39,287 bases of DNA from a virus, in the IMG/VR virus record IMGVR_UViG_3300045994_000087. One strand, written 5' to 3'. Of the stretch, positions 38,759 through 39,287 are shown one piece after another. The first letter of the stretch is position 1, and the number at the start of each line of letters is the position of its first letter. The position numbers and the translations under genes were made by a program. A model generated the notes under the pieces. That model was not told the DNA's origin, made no database searches, and saw only the letters and a program-made list of their open reading frames with translations.

Positions 38759-39287
38759 TCACCGCAGGATGGCACCGCTCAGGTTGGCATCGCGCAGGAT
38801 GGTATCGTACAGGTTGGCACCGCTCAGGTTAGCACCGCTCAGGTCGGCACCGTACAGGTCGGCACCGCCCAGGTCGACACTGTGCAAGTTGGCACCGCTC
38901 AGGTTGGCATCGCGCAGGATGGTACCGCTCAGGTTGGCATCGTACAGGTTAGCACCGCTCAGGTTGGCACCGCGCAGGTCGACATAGCTCAGGTTAGCAC
39001 CGTGCAGGTCGGCAACGCTCAGGTTAGCACCGCTCAGGTTGGCATCGCGCAGGATGGTATCGTACAGGTTGGCACCGCTCAGGTTAGCACCGCTCAGGTC
39101 GGCACCGTACAGGTTAGCACCGCTCAGGTTGGCACTGTGCAAGTTGGCACCGCTCAGGTTGGCATCGCGCAGGATGGTACCGCTCAGGTTGGCATCGTAC
39201 AGGTTAGCACCGCTCAGGTTGGCACCGCGCAGGTCGACATAGCTCAGGTTAGCACCGTGCAGGTCGGCAACGCTCAGGTTAGCACCG
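38759..39287 (-). CDS. Pentapeptide-repeat protein, C-terminal part. Bases 39161-39287 duplicate 1-127, so the unique part is 38759..39160.
   Basis: Track ORF 38759..39142 ([18 protein letters not shown]... pentads). The same frame stays open up to the window end. The stop codon is at 38759-38761. Confidence 0.85.
   Translation of the reverse strand, partial: GANLSVADLHGANLSYVDLRGANLSGANLYDANLSGTILRDANLSGANLHSANLSGANLYGADLSGANLSGANLYDTILRDANLSGANLSVADLHGANLSYVDLRGANLSGANLYDANLSGTILRDANLSGANLHSVDLGGADLYGADLSGANLSGANLYDTILRDANLSGAILR
38906..39032. repeat. Internal copy of the 127-bp terminal sequence
   Basis: Identical by eye to 1..127 and to 39161..39287. It lies exactly 255 bp upstream of 39161. 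Confidence 0.9.
39161..39287. repeat. Terminal overlap copy (same as 1..127)
   Basis: Exact 127-bp identity with the window start. Confidence 0.95.

Larger units (their letters stand above)
38786..39287. repeat. Tandem ~255-bp duplication inside the pentapeptide-repeat gene. Unit 1 is 38786..39040. Unit 2 is 39041..39160 continuing into 1..~135.
   Basis: The first 120 nt of the two units differ at about 5 positions and the next 127 nt are identical. 255 bp equals 17 pentapeptide turns. Confidence 0.85.

Noticed and set aside
27539-38762. Longer N-terminal extensions given by the ORF track (for example starts at 27584, 28721, 30069, 30707, 31148, 31567 and 38762)
   Set aside because: The extensions overlap the upstream gene, often begin at non-ATG codons and lack RBSs. 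Internal ATGs with AGGA/GGAG sites and 1-4 nt stop/start coupling fit the pattern seen across the genome.
38759-39287. CRISPR-like appearance of the regularly spaced short repeats (caggtt / gcaccgctcagg every 15 bp)
   Set aside because: The period is 15 bp with no unique spacers. The region is one continuous ORF encoding pentapeptide repeats. It is not a repeat-spacer array.
1-39287. Search for tRNA, rRNA, integrase, phage RNA polymerase, reverse transcriptase (DGR) and toxin-antitoxin genes
   Set aside because: I saw no cloverleaf-like intergenic segment long enough for a tRNA, since the gaps are small or are explained by promoters and terminators. No ORF showed the corresponding catalytic motifs. 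This absence is from inspection only and is not proof.

Overview
The window is a complete bacteriophage genome with about 39,160 bp of unique sequence. Bases 1-127 are identical to 39161-39287, which looks like an assembler circular overlap, and a pentapeptide-repeat gene is split across that junction. Two divergent gene arms leave a ~620-bp non-coding control region (5766-6382) and converge on a hairpin terminator near 27000.

The plus arm (6383-26899) is a P22-like podovirus late module. It carries terS, terL, portal, scaffold, coat, gp4-, gp10- and gp26-like tail accessory proteins, and three ejection proteins, the last with an SLT lytic transglycosylase domain. It also carries tail fibre and tailspike genes (one with a C-terminal SGNH esterase) and a lysis cassette with no recognisable classical endolysin. 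A cupin hydroxylase plus GNAT gene pair is inserted between the tail and ejection genes.

The minus arm (5765->1, continuing 39160->27066) carries early and replication genes:
- TOPRIM/SF3 primase-helicase, ThyX, a J-domain protein plus a DnaJ-type zinc-finger protein, and ATP-dependent DNA ligase.
- A ~313-aa pentapeptide-repeat protein.
- Family A DNA polymerase, Cas4-like and DEDD exonucleases, a TraR/DksA zinc finger, VRR-NUC and an SNF2 helicase.
- A tightly coupled 5-gene nucleotide operon: SAM methyltransferase, MazG-like NTP pyrophosphatase, DUF1599-like protein, ThyA-family enzyme and dCMP deaminase.

I recognised no phage RNA polymerase, integrase, repressor, tRNA, rRNA or CRISPR array. 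Two recurring sigma70-like promoter types are visible by eye.

The best candidate for a novel system is the nucleotide operon. Its ThyA-family enzyme has Asp at the position that specifies cytosine rather than uracil, and ThyX is encoded elsewhere. This predicts 5-(hydroxy)methyl-cytosine or a further modified cytosine in the virion DNA.

Other notable points:
- The pentapeptide-repeat gene has its own promoter.
- The ~100-bp promoter-leader cassette of that gene is present twice in the genome.
- The control region carries iterons around a G-free tract.
- DnaJ-type features are split across two genes.
- The hydroxylase/GNAT pair looks like a moron.
- The tailspike and lysis genes have a different codon usage from the rest of the genome.

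All homology statements come from motif recognition by eye and from memory. No database search was run.
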